Positions 7,826-18,943 of a stretch of DNA of 64,000 nt are shown piece by piece. Within the stretch, counting starts at the first letter, position 1, and each line of letters starts with the position of its first letter. Source of the stretch: a virus (Duplodnaviria > Caudoviricetes). The translations under genes were made by a program, and so were the position numbers. The DNA is taken from the IMG/VR virus record IMGVR_UViG_3300005937_000004, positions 1 to 64,000 of that record; one strand, 5' to 3'. The notes below the pieces were generated by a model, which had not been told where the DNA came from, did not search any database, and saw only the letters and a program-made list of their open reading frames with translations.

Positions 7826-10773
7826 TGCCTCCAGCACTCTTAGCTTTCCTGAAAAAGAACGCAAAGTTCATGTACGGCACCGGCATACTCGGTGCCGCAT
7901 TTGTGGCGAGCGACATCAAAAAGGTGTCTGATGCCGACAACAAATTCTCGGCACTTTTGAGGATCTTTAAAGACTTCCTGACGGTCCGAATTGGTCTGGT
8001 AGCTCTCTTCACTGGTGTCTCCACTGCAATGAAGAACCTGGTCAGGGACAGCGGTTCACTGGAAGCTGCTCTTAAAAAGCTTTCACTGATGCAGGTCATC
8101 AGCCGTCAGTTCCAAGGATTTGTCGGCAGCCTGGATGCAGCAAGGAAACGCATCTCCGAGATGGAGACGCTCAGCAAACGTGGTCCATTCAGGTTTGAAG
8201 AACTGCTCGAAGCCAATAAGGCACTGGAAGTATTTACCAGGGGAGCATTTTCATCAGTCGAAGCCACCCAGGAAGTTGGTCAAGCCGCGATCGCTACCGG
8301 AAACAATGTTGCTGATGTAGCCCGAGCTGTTGGCGCTTTCTACGACAATTTACGGTCCGGTCAACCTGTTGCTCAGACCGCCGACCAGCTGCGGCAAATG
8401 GGAGTCATTACCCAGGAAACTGCCGAACATCTGGAAAGTATGGCTCGCAGTGGCGAAGACGCTACATCAGTGTTCGCGGAACTGCGTAGTGCTATGGCCA
8501 TAACAGGCCAATCTGCCAAGGGTTACGGAGACGAATTGGAAGCGGTAAATCTCCAACACGAACAGCTCGTAGAGGAGATGAAGCAAAAGTTCGGTGCACC
8601 TTTTGCTCAAGCAGAAATCGACAACGCGAAGAATATGAATGCCGCGCTCAAGGCATACATACCCATTGTCGAGCAGATCGCTAAAGGTAGCGCCAGGCTA
8701 TACGGCGGATTTAATACTGTCACCTCGTCAGTCATCAGGCTTGCTGCTGAAAGTAAACTGGGTCAGAAAGCTGTAATCGCTATAGCCACAGCGCTTCAGG
8801 CGCTCACAGTAGCTGCGGCTGGTTATGGAATATTCGTTGGCGTAAAACTGATCCCCACCCTGGCAACACTCGGAGCTGCTGGGACACGGCTGGCTGGGGT
8901 TCTGTCTGTGCTCGGTCGGTTTGCTGGAATAGCAACCGTTGGGCTTCGTATCGCTGCGGTAGGATCTGTGGTTGGATTGATCGCCACGGCAGTGGCAGGT
9001 CTCGCTGGCGCAATGATCAACATGCGCAGGGAAACCGCCAGAGCGCAGAAAGAATTTCGCGACTGGGAGAAAGCCCATAACGACGCTACCGCTGCATTGG
9101 CAGCGCAGGTTGCTGCAGTCAGGACGCTCACTGACAAAAACGAAGCACTGGCCAAAGGCATCAGAGAGCTGATTGCTCTTGAGAAAGAACTTGCGGAAGT
9201 CAGCGGTGAAGCTGCCAAAGCAGAGCAGGAACGCGCACTGGCTGCGATACGTCGTAAGGCTGGCATACCAGAGGAACGCAAACCTGGTGAACCTGTTCCA
9301 ACCGCACTACCCACGCCAGATCCTGAGTATGAGAAAACACGCAAACAATATGTTGAGATCACCACCCGAATAAAGGAACTCGAAAAGGAGCGCGAAAATC
9401 TCAACAGGATTCCGGCTGCCCCCACTGGTCCTGGCGGCCCCGGTGCTACTCCGCCGCCGATCCCGCGTCCTTCAGCAATCCCTGATGAGATCAAGCGAAC
9501 CAATGCGGACATAGATAGAGAGATCGCTGAGCAGAAAAAGAAATTGGCTGAGCTTGGTAAACCGGCAGCTCTGCCACCTGGGGTAAAACCTGGGGAATCG
9601 CGTGGCCAACGGTTTCTGGAAACCATACGCGGGTTCAAAGGCAACGAACCTCTCAGCGAACAGATCAGGAGAGCTGTGGAATCATTGGGACCAGCTCCTG
9701 GACCAAGTGAATCACAGCAGGCCAAAACGATCATACTGCGCCAACAGATTGAGCTCCATAAAGAAATCATCGCGCAGTTGGCTCAGGAAGATGTGTTGCA
9801 TGAGAAACTGTTGGCAGCAGAAACCGAACGTCGTTATGCGATCGAGGAACAACGCAAAGGAGTCGAAGAGCGCTACAAACAGGGCAAGGCCGGGATCGAA
9901 GCTGAAGCCAGAGTTGAAGACCAGAGATCCAAAATCGATAAGGACATAATCGAGAGACAAGCTCGGTTGGAAGCAGACCGGAAATCCTTTGCTGCTGCCG
10001 AGAACATGAGTCAGGCAGACCGCAAGAAGAAGAAAGAAGAATTCAAAAAAGCCGAGCAGGACATCACGGATCTGCAGGCCAAACGGTTGGCAGTCGGTGC
10101 AGCTGGAACCCCCGAAACATCTGCTGTCTTTCTACGGACACGCGCCGAACAATTCCGTCAGGCTAGACACGCTGATGTTCTGGAAGCCCAGATTAAAGCA
10201 ATGGAAGCACAAGGCGCTGTTGTTCCACGGGCAACACGAGTGGAAGCCGAACGCGCCAGGGCTGCGGCTGGCGGAGTTCAATACAACAAAGCTTTGGCTG
10301 AAGAAGCTGAGATCAAAGCGCGATTGGCTGAACGAGCTGAAGAGCGGGTGCCTGAACTGGGAGCTGAAATACCCGGGGTGCAGAGACGCAGGATGGAAGA
10401 AGAAAGGGAGACCGCACTCATTCAAGCACGGGCTTCTGGAGATTTACGTAAAGCATTTAAGCTGGAAGATTTAAGCAGGTTTGCCAGAACATTCGAACGC
10501 TTGAAACCTGAGTTTGGTGAGAAGGAAGCTGCTGTGATGGCCAGGGCGCGAACAGACGCAGAGATCAAAGAGCAATACGCTCAGGCAGGAAACGTTGTTG
10601 GTTACCTTCAATCCATTGGCGGTGGCGGTGGATTGCCTCAAGCCGGAATGGATTTACAACGTCGACTTCTTGATGTGGCGATCGAACAGAAAGAATATTT
10701 AAAGCAGATTGCTCAACCAGAACAAACAGCGGCTGAATCCCAAGGGCTTCCAGCATTCTTTTTCAACCCATAA
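7825..10773 (+). CDS. Tape measure protein
   Basis: 982 aa, Ala-rich helical, hydrophobic central stretch, coiled-coil C-terminal half; canonical position. Confidence 0.85.
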   Translation: MPPALLAFLKKNAKFMYGTGILGAAFVASDIKKVSDADNKFSALLRIFKDFLTVRIGLVALFTGVSTAMKNLVRDSGSLEAALKKLSLMQVISRQFQGFVGSLDAARKRISEMETLSKRGPFRFEELLEANKALEVFTRGAFSSVEATQEVGQAAIATGNNVADVARAVGAFYDNLRSGQPVAQTADQLRQMGVITQETAEHLESMARSGEDATSVFAELRSAMAITGQSAKGYGDELEAVNLQHEQLVEEMKQKFGAPFAQAEIDNAKNMNAALKAYIPIVEQIAKGSARLYGGFNTVTSSVIRLAAESKLGQKAVIAIATALQALTVAAAGYGIFVGVKLIPTLATLGAAGTRLAGVLSVLGRFAGIATVGLRIAAVGSVVGLIATAVAGLAGAMINMRRETARAQKEFRDWEKAHNDATAALAAQVAAVRTLTDKNEALAKGIRELIALEKELAEVSGEAAKAEQERALAAIRRKAGIPEERKPGEPVPTALPTPDPEYEKTRKQYVEITTRIKELEKERENLNRIPAAPTGPGGPGATPPPIPRPSAIPDEIKRTNADIDREIAEQKKKLAELGKPAALPPGVKPGESRGQRFLETIRGFKGNEPLSEQIRRAVESLGPAPGPSESQQAKTIILRQQIELHKEIIAQLAQEDVLHEKLLAAETERRYAIEEQRKGVEERYKQGKAGIEAEARVEDQRSKIDKDIIERQARLEADRKSFAAAENMSQADRKKKKEEFKKAEQDITDLQAKRLAVGAAGTPETSAVFLRTRAEQFRQARHADVLEAQIKAMEAQGAVVPRATRVEAERARAAAGGVQYNKALAEEAEIKARLAERAEERVPELGAEIPGVQRRRMEEERETALIQARASGDLRKAFKLEDLSRFARTFERLKPEFGEKEAAVMARARTDAEIKEQYAQAGNVVGYLQSIGGGGGLPQAGMDLQRRLLDVAIEQKEYLKQIAQPEQTAAESQGLPAFFFNP

Positions 10774-10776
10774 CAT

Positions 10777-11703
10777 ATGCCAGCAGCAGCTTTACAACCC
10801 AGTGATACCAAGGTCAGATTTGGTAAGCATCAGGATTATTTTGTTGTAGGTGTCGACGTTGATCGAACCAGTCTCGCGACTGTTCGGATTGAGATGCACG
10901 TTTCAGATGAAGGCTTAAACAATTTTAACACCAATTTTCTGACACTGGGGTTCGGATTGGCTGTAGCAGGAGAAGCCGGAGTCACAGATTTATTAGAAAT
11001 CCCTGAAGATAATCCTACTGCTATCTGTGTTGGGATTAACCGGCGGTATGAGCGTGATCAGAGCACCGGAATATACACATACACTTTCGAAGGATTATTG
11101 GCTGATCGCACTCCGTATTATGAATTTGAGCTGGAATTCGCAATGAACCAGGAACCGATCGAGACGCATCCAAACTGGGAAGAGATCGATGCGACATTCG
11201 GTCCCTATGATCCGATCAATCGCGTCTGGCAACGAATACCGACCAAGGCCCAGACGCAAGCTGGCGGGTTATCCGGTCCAAGTAATGCCGGTCAGATTGT
11301 CACTAACCCTTTGTTTGGAACCACATCTTTCCTGTCTCCCGGGGCTGTATACCGTATCAGCTACACCGACATCGATATTCATGAAGGAGATCTGGATGGC
11401 ATCGGTACCAAGGATGAACCGCAGGGGCTTGGCGATCAGTTTCCCGAGTTCCAAAACTGGATGGATTCTAATCGTCGTGACTGGCTGAAGATGGCTCCGA
11501 GATTGCGTAAACGCGGTGGCGCAGTTCAGGTCACACTCGAATGGCTATTGAGTGGACCACGAGGGTGGGAGGAAGCGCTCTATAGTGATGCGGCCATTAA
11601 CGGTTCTCCCGGAAGCGGAGCCAACGTCGATCAAGGTGGTAATAGCACAGCTTCAAGTACATTTGGTGCCGCTCCAGGACCTGGCGGAGGATTCCTGGCG
11701 TAA
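10777..11703 (+). CDS. Distal tail protein, putative
   Basis: First ORF after the tape measure gene; 308 aa. Confidence 0.5.
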   Translation: MPAAALQPSDTKVRFGKHQDYFVVGVDVDRTSLATVRIEMHVSDEGLNNFNTNFLTLGFGLAVAGEAGVTDLLEIPEDNPTAICVGINRRYERDQSTGIYTYTFEGLLADRTPYYEFELEFAMNQEPIETHPNWEEIDATFGPYDPINRVWQRIPTKAQTQAGGLSGPSNAGQIVTNPLFGTTSFLSPGAVYRISYTDIDIHEGDLDGIGTKDEPQGLGDQFPEFQNWMDSNRRDWLKMAPRLRKRGGAVQVTLEWLLSGPRGWEEALYSDAAINGSPGSGANVDQGGNSTASSTFGAAPGPGGGFLA

Positions 11704-12362
11704 TGCAATCAGATTTTCTAAGGGTCAAACCTGGCGATCCGGTCACCGCAGAGATCTGGAATCAGATGGCTGCTGCTGCCAGGGCTTCGAAACTCTGTCT
11801 CGGAGGTGATAATGTTAATGTTCGGCAAACCACGCAGGGTTCACTCATCAATAGCCGATTTGTACGTGGTTGGAATCATCCATGGAAGATGAATTCATCC
11901 TATAAAGTGGCTCAGTTCCTTCCGGGAACTATCAATGGAATCACTCCTACGGTAGACACTGGCAGGGACGGAGACATCAAGCTGACTAATAACCCAGCTC
12001 CCAGTCTGGCAATCAGTACATCGGAATGGGATGATGAAGGATTCGCTTGGATGGTGTTGGAGCTCACGTTTGACGAGCACTGGCGGGAAATCAAGAAGGC
12101 TGAAGTGCGACAGCGACCGAATGTCACCAGGCAAGACAAACAGCATTTGGATACTCCACAGCTTTACCTCGGATACGCTGGGTTTAACGATACACATACT
12201 GCCAGGTATCCGCTTGTCCGGATGCAGCGTACACGAACTGTTGCTCAAGGTGGGTTAGCATTCCGGTATTGGCAGGTAGCGATGTTCAATCTTCAACATA
12301 AAGCCACCCCACCGATCCAGGAACAGACCAGCGTTTCCAGACATTATTTCTGGCCAGCATGA
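11703..12362 (+). CDS. Tail tip protein, putative
   Basis: TAATG coupling; VKPGDPVTAEIWN N-terminus common in tail-tip genes. Confidence 0.5.
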   Translation: MQSDFLRVKPGDPVTAEIWNQMAAAARASKLCLGGDNVNVRQTTQGSLINSRFVRGWNHPWKMNSSYKVAQFLPGTINGITPTVDTGRDGDIKLTNNPAPSLAISTSEWDDEGFAWMVLELTFDEHWREIKKAEVRQRPNVTRQDKQHLDTPQLYLGYAGFNDTHTARYPLVRMQRTRTVAQGGLAFRYWQVAMFNLQHKATPPIQEQTSVSRHYFWPA

Positions 12363-13609
12363 ACATCCCAGGTATACCGGTTGATGCCTGGAACAAGGCC
12401 GCTGGTCAGTCTTCCGATACCTACTTAAGGGTTGGTCCAGAGCAGAGTATCGGCGGCGGTGGAAACCTGCCGCAGGGTCGTATCCCGGATAGAGCACCGG
12501 AAACAGTATGGCAACATCCATTCACTATCCTGCCGTACTGGGATTCGAAGTTTGTGCTCACCAACGAAGAACAGGAAACGCTTAAACGTCCCAAGGGAGC
12601 TTGGTGTCTGAAGGTGTCTCCGGGATTTATAAATGGTCATGCTCCTGCAATATCGGTTCCAACCAACCTTGTTCCGGATGGCGTAAAAGTATGGGGAAAC
12701 AAATACGGAAAACAAGATCGTAAACACGCTCGCCTGGCAAATTTCACTCAGGTTCTTCTTACTGACGAATGGACGCCTTTCATGAAAGTCAACGGCTTCA
12801 TGGACGCTCGTGGAGCGGTATTCGGAGCTACGCCTGCTCTGCCGATAAATGTCCCAAAGTTCTTTCGTGGACTCCGAGCCATGGACAAACCAAAAACTGA
12901 TCCACTCGATGCATTCTTTAGCATGGCTACTGCTGGTGGTCTCGGTTATGGACCTGTTCCTACAGCAGGAGAGAAATTTGCTTTAGACATACTGGGAGGT
13001 GGCGCTGGGCCTGTCTTTGTTAATCATAAAGATGACGATGGATTCCCGGAAGGCGACCGTTATCTGCATTTCTGTGATGTGGTATTGGAAATTGACCGGC
13101 CAGCAACCAGGCAAATATTTCAATATGATGAATTTGGGTTACTGCGGTACGCCGGATTTCAGATAGATCCACCGGATAGCGGTCTGTATAACGCGAGGAT
13201 TTATAACATCAGTGTATACCTGATTCCTAACCCGCCGACTCTTGAAGACATCTGGTTTGGCACTTACATCGAGCCCAAAATAGACGAGATAGTGTTAGCC
13301 AGAGTATTTTGGTTATCGCCATCCAAACCGATGCTCGATCCTGATCAACCAATCATTCCGGATGGTTCGTGGATGCCATTTGTCCGGCACAACGTCTTTT
13401 GGAACATGAGCTACGCTGCGCTCAACATCTATGATCCATTCAAACCCAATCGAGACCTGGATTTCTTCAAGCAGATCAGTGCGGTGTTAGCTGGAGGCGC
13501 GGCATATCTCATCATCGCCAGTCAAGCAGACATGATTGAGGCGCAGCACGATCAAATTTCCACCTTTATGAACAATACCAGGGTCCGAACTCGCTTCTGG
13601 ACAAGCTAA
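12359..13609 (+). CDS. Tail/baseplate protein, putative
   Basis: 416 aa, coupled in the tail operon. Confidence 0.5.
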   Translation: MNIPGIPVDAWNKAAGQSSDTYLRVGPEQSIGGGGNLPQGRIPDRAPETVWQHPFTILPYWDSKFVLTNEEQETLKRPKGAWCLKVSPGFINGHAPAISVPTNLVPDGVKVWGNKYGKQDRKHARLANFTQVLLTDEWTPFMKVNGFMDARGAVFGATPALPINVPKFFRGLRAMDKPKTDPLDAFFSMATAGGLGYGPVPTAGEKFALDILGGGAGPVFVNHKDDDGFPEGDRYLHFCDVVLEIDRPATRQIFQYDEFGLLRYAGFQIDPPDSGLYNARIYNISVYLIPNPPTLEDIWFGTYIEPKIDEIVLARVFWLSPSKPMLDPDQPIIPDGSWMPFVRHNVFWNMSYAALNIYDPFKPNRDLDFFKQISAVLAGGAAYLIIASQADMIEAQHDQISTFMNNTRVRTRFWTS

Positions 13610-13630
13610 ATTGACATTGCGCTCTTCGGC

Positions 13631-13885
13631 ATGCCTCTCAATCCCCGAGCACCGATCAAAGAGTCCCAGGAAGATTACCAGAAGCGAGTAAAAAAGAATT
13701 ATACCATCAACCATTTGGAACCGCCATTTCCGTGGAACGTCCAGCAATTCAGTCCATTTGAATATCAGCTGCATCTGAACTACGAAGGAAAGGCTCCTAC
13801 CGGACAGCAGTTCGCTGAAGGTGTTTCAGAGTTTTTTGGTGGCGGCGGTTCTTTTGGTGGCGGCGGCGCAGGTTCCAATTTCTAG
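13631..13885 (+). CDS. Small protein with GGGGSFGGGGAGSNF tail
   Basis: 84-aa ORF; TTGACA 14 nt upstream (13611). Confidence 0.6.
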   Translation: MPLNPRAPIKESQEDYQKRVKKNYTINHLEPPFPWNVQQFSPFEYQLHLNYEGKAPTGQQFAEGVSEFFGGGGSFGGGGAGSNF

Positions 13886-13888
13886 GAT

Positions 13889-16312
13889 ATGCCACAAAAG
13901 TTCATCATCTATGGGAGCCTTGATAAACGCTCCCTTTCGAATGCGACTGGTGCAAGCTCTGCCAGGCTACCGGCCCTTTACGAAGGCGACGAGTACACTT
14001 TCCAGGTTCGACTCTTGGACAAGCCAGACGGAATCAACAGTCAACTGGTATACCCAAACCTCAGGAGTTTCACTTGTTCAATCGGTCGGGTTAACCTTCC
14101 TCCTCTCGGTGGATTCATCCAGTTGCGATTTGGAACCTATGGGACAGTCAGCGAGAAGATCGCTTTTAATGAGGACGCGGCAACATTCCGGAATGCTCTC
14201 CAGGTATTACCGGAGTGCGCCACATACAACCTGGAAGAAGTCTACACACCGGCGGTTGGTTGTTGGATGCTTCGCTTCGGGTCAGACCAAACTGTTCCTT
14301 TAGAGATAGCATTTAATCTTCTTGAACCGGAAACCTTTTGCCGGATCAACCAATTTACCCGTGACGGTCGCCGCTGGATTGAAATCAAACTGATTCAAGC
14401 GCCTGTCGCTTCAACCAGCAACTTCGCCAGGGTCGCAGGCGACATTCCAAGTGTCGTAGAAGTACGGAAAGGATTTACTGAGGACCAGATCCTATACACG
14501 GTTAAAACCACCGAGATCCAATCCCTGAAGGTTCCAACAGGCTGGAGTGGGACATTCGCTCTCTCATTCCAAGGATTGGAAACTATATTCTTTTCAGCTG
14601 ACAGCGGCATCCAGGATTACGAAGATGGGCTCAACGCCATTTTCACTGACGGAATTACTCGGTTCAAAGTCACTAATCCTGTTCTGGAAGAAGCGTACAT
14701 TGAGTTTGTCGGACCACTGGCAGGTATCGATGTGCCGATGCTTGAGGTCATCGTTGGCATCACCAAACCTGGTGATCTGACTTTCACGCTGGACCTCAAT
14801 ACAGCAGAGGTAAACGCCGCGATCCGGACTTCACCAAGAGGGTTCGATGCGATCATGGAAATCATTCTGGAAGTCGCACAGGATGATGCACTGCCAGAAG
14901 AACCAGGCCAACGCTTCGTGCTCTTCCAAGCTCCGATCACTATCTTGCCGGAATTGCAATGGAGCGGGATCACTTCAACAGCCCCAATCGATTGGCTGGT
15001 GCCACCGCAAACGGCTGATTACATCCCGTTTACTCCTGATCAGATCATCACTGGCAGCCAGTATTACGTTCAAGTCTTCGGGGACCCTCTATTCAACGAA
15101 TACCTGTTCCCACATAATCTTGGGACAGAAAACATTGCCGCAGTAACTATCCGAGAGAACCACGATGCTGGCGCGATCCTGAACCCGGATGATTACGACA
15201 TCGAGATCGTAGACGACGTATCACTGAAAGTCACGATGCACAGCTCGTTCGCCAGCGCTAACGGGCATGTGATCATCATCACGTCTGCAGGGCCCAAGAG
15301 CGCGTTCCAGGCGCACACTCACACGATCGCACAGATCATCGGTCTCCAGGACATTCTCGACGTATTGTTGAAACGTATCACTGTTCTTGAGTCAATTCTG
15401 CCGTCTACCATCGGTGGCGCTACGCAACTACAGGTACCAGGAGAAAACTTGCTTATTGAAATTCCAGACGCTCAGGAGCTTTTACTTGTGCCACGGGGCA
15501 GTGAAGCTGCCAAGAAAGTGTCTACTGCTGGAAGTCAGGGTGTAGATCCAAAAGATATACCCAGAGCCAATGCACTCCTGCCCGCTATTCTGATGGAAGG
15601 AACCGCTGGTATACTACCAGACCCATTGGAACCACCAACCTCATTTAATGCCGGTAAAGTCTATGATGTCGATACCACTGGCAATGCTGGCGTGGATCTA
15701 CCAGGTGGTTACGGTATTCGAGGTGTGCACGTTCCAGAAGGCGGTTTAGTTGGATCTGATGGGAAGATCTGGTATGAAGCTTATCAGGCTGACGCGCTTA
15801 ACACTTATTACCCGCGTCCATTCGATCGAACGCTGTTCACTCTGTTTATCAACGATCGGATGATGGCTGTGGGTTCGAATTTCAGTATGGAATTCAAACT
15901 GAAATTGAAGACATACAAAGCAACCAGCAACATTCACTGGCGACTGGTGCTTGAGCTTGGAAGTGCGCCCAGCTCACCTGATCCTGCGCCAACAGAAGTG
16001 AACCTGGAGAATGTGGTTTGGATCGCTAACCCAGCATTAAGCCAGCATTTCATTGTGACTGACGTAGCTGTTACGCATCGGTTCGGATTCCAGGTGTTGC
16101 GATCGATCCTGGATGTAATCACAGCCAACCAAATGCTTTATGGAGCTCTATTACCTGCAGCCCAGATACCTCTAAGCGCCAACTTCGCATTGCGAGCTAG
16201 ACTCATAGAGTTTGACACTGAAAACTCTGTACAAGACGCTCGCGGCCTTGTGTACTTCGGCTTGAAAGACGCTAAAGCACAAATCGCAGGAGGCGGAACC
16301 ACACCACCCTAA
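13889..16312 (+). CDS. Large tail/baseplate structural protein
   Basis: 807 aa, beta-rich, in the tail operon. Confidence 0.6.
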   Translation: MPQKFIIYGSLDKRSLSNATGASSARLPALYEGDEYTFQVRLLDKPDGINSQLVYPNLRSFTCSIGRVNLPPLGGFIQLRFGTYGTVSEKIAFNEDAATFRNALQVLPECATYNLEEVYTPAVGCWMLRFGSDQTVPLEIAFNLLEPETFCRINQFTRDGRRWIEIKLIQAPVASTSNFARVAGDIPSVVEVRKGFTEDQILYTVKTTEIQSLKVPTGWSGTFALSFQGLETIFFSADSGIQDYEDGLNAIFTDGITRFKVTNPVLEEAYIEFVGPLAGIDVPMLEVIVGITKPGDLTFTLDLNTAEVNAAIRTSPRGFDAIMEIILEVAQDDALPEEPGQRFVLFQAPITILPELQWSGITSTAPIDWLVPPQTADYIPFTPDQIITGSQYYVQVFGDPLFNEYLFPHNLGTENIAAVTIRENHDAGAILNPDDYDIEIVDDVSLKVTMHSSFASANGHVIIITSAGPKSAFQAHTHTIAQIIGLQDILDVLLKRITVLESILPSTIGGATQLQVPGENLLIEIPDAQELLLVPRGSEAAKKVSTAGSQGVDPKDIPRANALLPAILMEGTAGILPDPLEPPTSFNAGKVYDVDTTGNAGVDLPGGYGIRGVHVPEGGLVGSDGKIWYEAYQADALNTYYPRPFDRTLFTLFINDRMMAVGSNFSMEFKLKLKTYKATSNIHWRLVLELGSAPSSPDPAPTEVNLENVVWIANPALSQHFIVTDVAVTHRFGFQVLRSILDVITANQMLYGALLPAAQIPLSANFALRARLIEFDTENSVQDARGLVYFGLKDAKAQIAGGGTTPP

Positions 16313-16315
16313 TTT

Positions 16316-18943
16316 ATGGCTGATCCAGTCACCGGTATTACTAGGAAAACCTGTTTCATGGAATGGACAGGTCGCTACGAGCTGTGGATGACCTTTACCT
16401 GGACCGAGCAAGAAACCAGTCCGTGCCATTACGTTGTCGAACGTCACCGGATATCTAGTAACACCTGGGAACAACAGGGCATAGCCCAGAAAGGGGACGG
16501 GTTCCTCAAAGTCTGGGTCGGTCATCAGGGACCAAACGACGGATGGCAATACCATCAGACGATGGACAAGATCAGGGTGACCTGTGTCACCGACCCTGAT
16601 GACGGCGATCCTGCATCTGTTGAATACACCTTTGTCTTTCCGACCAGCAGATCAAAACAAATGCTGGTTAACCGATCGATCAACGTCACTAATCGCACCA
16701 ACAACTCCGTCTCATTCAACGTCAAAGGCGACGACGATAGCAAATATCTGTACTGCGCTAACCTGCATGTTTACAACAGGTCGCAGGGTGATCGGCTGAT
16801 CTACGAAAGAGGTCTTGGGCTTGGCAATCCGGCGCTGGCGATCAATTACTGCGATCATCACAAGCCAGTAATCGGGTTCACTGTCACCGGCAACGATGTG
16901 CCACGCGAAGGCGATGTCCTGCAGGTTCATTACATCGGTATCTGCGGTAACAGCCATGCTCCACAGGACCTACAAGCAGCCAGGGACGGCACTGAAGCGA
17001 TCTTCGGAGCGACTTACTCTAGTCCGGTCAATTTCCCATTGCTCACGCTCTCTGCAACACAGGGAAACAATTTCGCTTACCACATTGGAAACGCTCCGGG
17101 GATAACCGGTAATCCATTCGCTGCGACATATAGCAAGACTACCGGAACAATGCCTCCTGGCATGTCGCTGGCATCTGATGGTTGGCTGACTGGTACCCCA
17201 ACTTCCACAGGGACATTTAATTTCCATGTTCAAACCGTCTCAGAGATGGGCGACATTGGCGGGGGCGACGTTCGCGTCATTGTCGGCGTATCGCAGCTGC
17301 CGGTCATCAATAATCCGGGGCCACAGGTATTAAACCAGTACGTCCCATACAGCCTGCAACTCACGGCATCGCATAATCCGAGCAGCTGGGCTGTGACTAG
17401 TGGCACGCTTCCAACCGGGTTAAGCCTGAATACGAGCACCGGAGAAATCACCGGAACTCCCACGGCGATCCAGAGTCCGACATCTGTCGGGTTCAAGGCC
17501 ACAAACGTAACTGGCCAGGGACCGGAGATGAGCTGCAACTTCAGTGTTGTCGCACTCGGGCTGCCAGTAATCACTTCGCCATCCACAGCCTCAGCATATC
17601 GCGGCGAAGCATGGAACTACACGGTTACCGCATCCAATTCACCGATCTCATTCTCCGCTGCGCCGCTTCCAAAGAACACGGTGATCGACTCGCAGAGTGG
17701 CCGCATCAGTGGAACCATCGACCCGGCTCAAGAACTTCCAGGAACACGATCGATCACGCTCAGAGCCACCAATTATACCGGACAAAGCGCTCCGTTCATT
17801 CTGACGCTCACGATCCTGGACAGGTTACCTGTCATTACCAGCGATTTGAATGTGACGGGGATCTGTTTCCAGCAGTTCATGTATATCATCACTGCTACCG
17901 GTTACCCGACTTCGTTTGGAGCAGACAATCTGCCTTTCGGCCTGAGTGTAGATCCTGAGACCGGAATCATAAGCGGGGTGGTGATCTCTCCCGGCACATT
18001 CACGGTCAACCTGAGCGCCACCAACTCAGCTGGCACGGGCACAGCTGTGCTGACGCTAATTTTCAAACTGCTGCGCCCAGTCATCGACACCTCGATCACG
18101 GCTGGAAAAGCCATCACCTGCGAGACAGGTATCCCGGTAGTGTTTCAACCTGTAGCCAGCAATAATCCTACGCTGTGGCAGGCTTCACCGGTTCAGGATG
18201 GATTCACTATCGATGGCAACCTGCCGATTGGTGACCAGAAAACAGCTACTGGACCAAACGGTCAATTGAAAGGCACGTTCACGACCGTTGGTTTATATGG
18301 ACTGGTTTATATCGCTTCCAACATTGCTGGACCAAGTGATCCGGCCATCTTTTATTTCCTGGTGGAATTGGGAAGCGGCGGTTCAGCGGAAGCATCTTTG
18401 GGAGACGGATTGGATATTTGGATCGATCTACAAGACGGAGCGGTATCGATTATGCCGCCAGGTTCAAAGATGGAACAGACTATCACCCAGACAGAAAACG
18501 GAACCACAACAGAAACCAAGAAAGAAGTGGCTGAACCAACCGAAAAAGCTGTGCTCTGGAGCAAGCGCGGCGACACGTTGCCGTTAACCATCAGGTTCCA
18601 CAAAGGCGGGAAACCTGTCCGAATCGAGAACATGAGCTCGCTGAAATTCGGTGTCCGTGAAGATTTCACGTTGCCGTATGCAGTGCTCACAACGGGTTTT
18701 GCAACCAACGAAGACGGTTCATACCGGATCTGGCCGAATTACTCCGACAATAAAGAGATCGATTTTGAGATCGACGATGAGGAAGAATTCCTGGAGCTCC
18801 TGGCAGAGGTGCAATGGGAGACCGGTACGTTAGATCCAGAAGACACAAATCCCTTTACCCGCCGTAGCTCACAGACGTTCACCAATCGCATCTATCGAGA
18901 TGTGATTTATCCAGATGACTCTGCTCAGCCAGAAAGTGCGTAA
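16316..18943 (+). CDS. Tail protein with tandem putative Ig-like (He_PIG-type) domains
   Basis: About 5 repeats such as LPTGLSLNTSTGEITGTPT and LPFGLSVDPETGIISG. Confidence 0.8.
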   Translation: MADPVTGITRKTCFMEWTGRYELWMTFTWTEQETSPCHYVVERHRISSNTWEQQGIAQKGDGFLKVWVGHQGPNDGWQYHQTMDKIRVTCVTDPDDGDPASVEYTFVFPTSRSKQMLVNRSINVTNRTNNSVSFNVKGDDDSKYLYCANLHVYNRSQGDRLIYERGLGLGNPALAINYCDHHKPVIGFTVTGNDVPREGDVLQVHYIGICGNSHAPQDLQAARDGTEAIFGATYSSPVNFPLLTLSATQGNNFAYHIGNAPGITGNPFAATYSKTTGTMPPGMSLASDGWLTGTPTSTGTFNFHVQTVSEMGDIGGGDVRVIVGVSQLPVINNPGPQVLNQYVPYSLQLTASHNPSSWAVTSGTLPTGLSLNTSTGEITGTPTAIQSPTSVGFKATNVTGQGPEMSCNFSVVALGLPVITSPSTASAYRGEAWNYTVTASNSPISFSAAPLPKNTVIDSQSGRISGTIDPAQELPGTRSITLRATNYTGQSAPFILTLTILDRLPVITSDLNVTGICFQQFMYIITATGYPTSFGADNLPFGLSVDPETGIISGVVISPGTFTVNLSATNSAGTGTAVLTLIFKLLRPVIDTSITAGKAITCETGIPVVFQPVASNNPTLWQASPVQDGFTIDGNLPIGDQKTATGPNGQLKGTFTTVGLYGLVYIASNIAGPSDPAIFYFLVELGSGGSAEASLGDGLDIWIDLQDGAVSIMPPGSKMEQTITQTENGTTTETKKEVAEPTEKAVLWSKRGDTLPLTIRFHKGGKPVRIENMSSLKFGVREDFTLPYAVLTTGFATNEDGSYRIWPNYSDNKEIDFEIDDEEEFLELLAEVQWETGTLDPEDTNPFTRRSSQTFTNRIYRDVIYPDDSAQPESA

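Noticed and set aside
7780-7830. Programmed frameshift in the tail chaperone
   Set aside because: No clear X XXY YYZ slippery site giving a longer product; the stop overlaps the tape-measure start directly.
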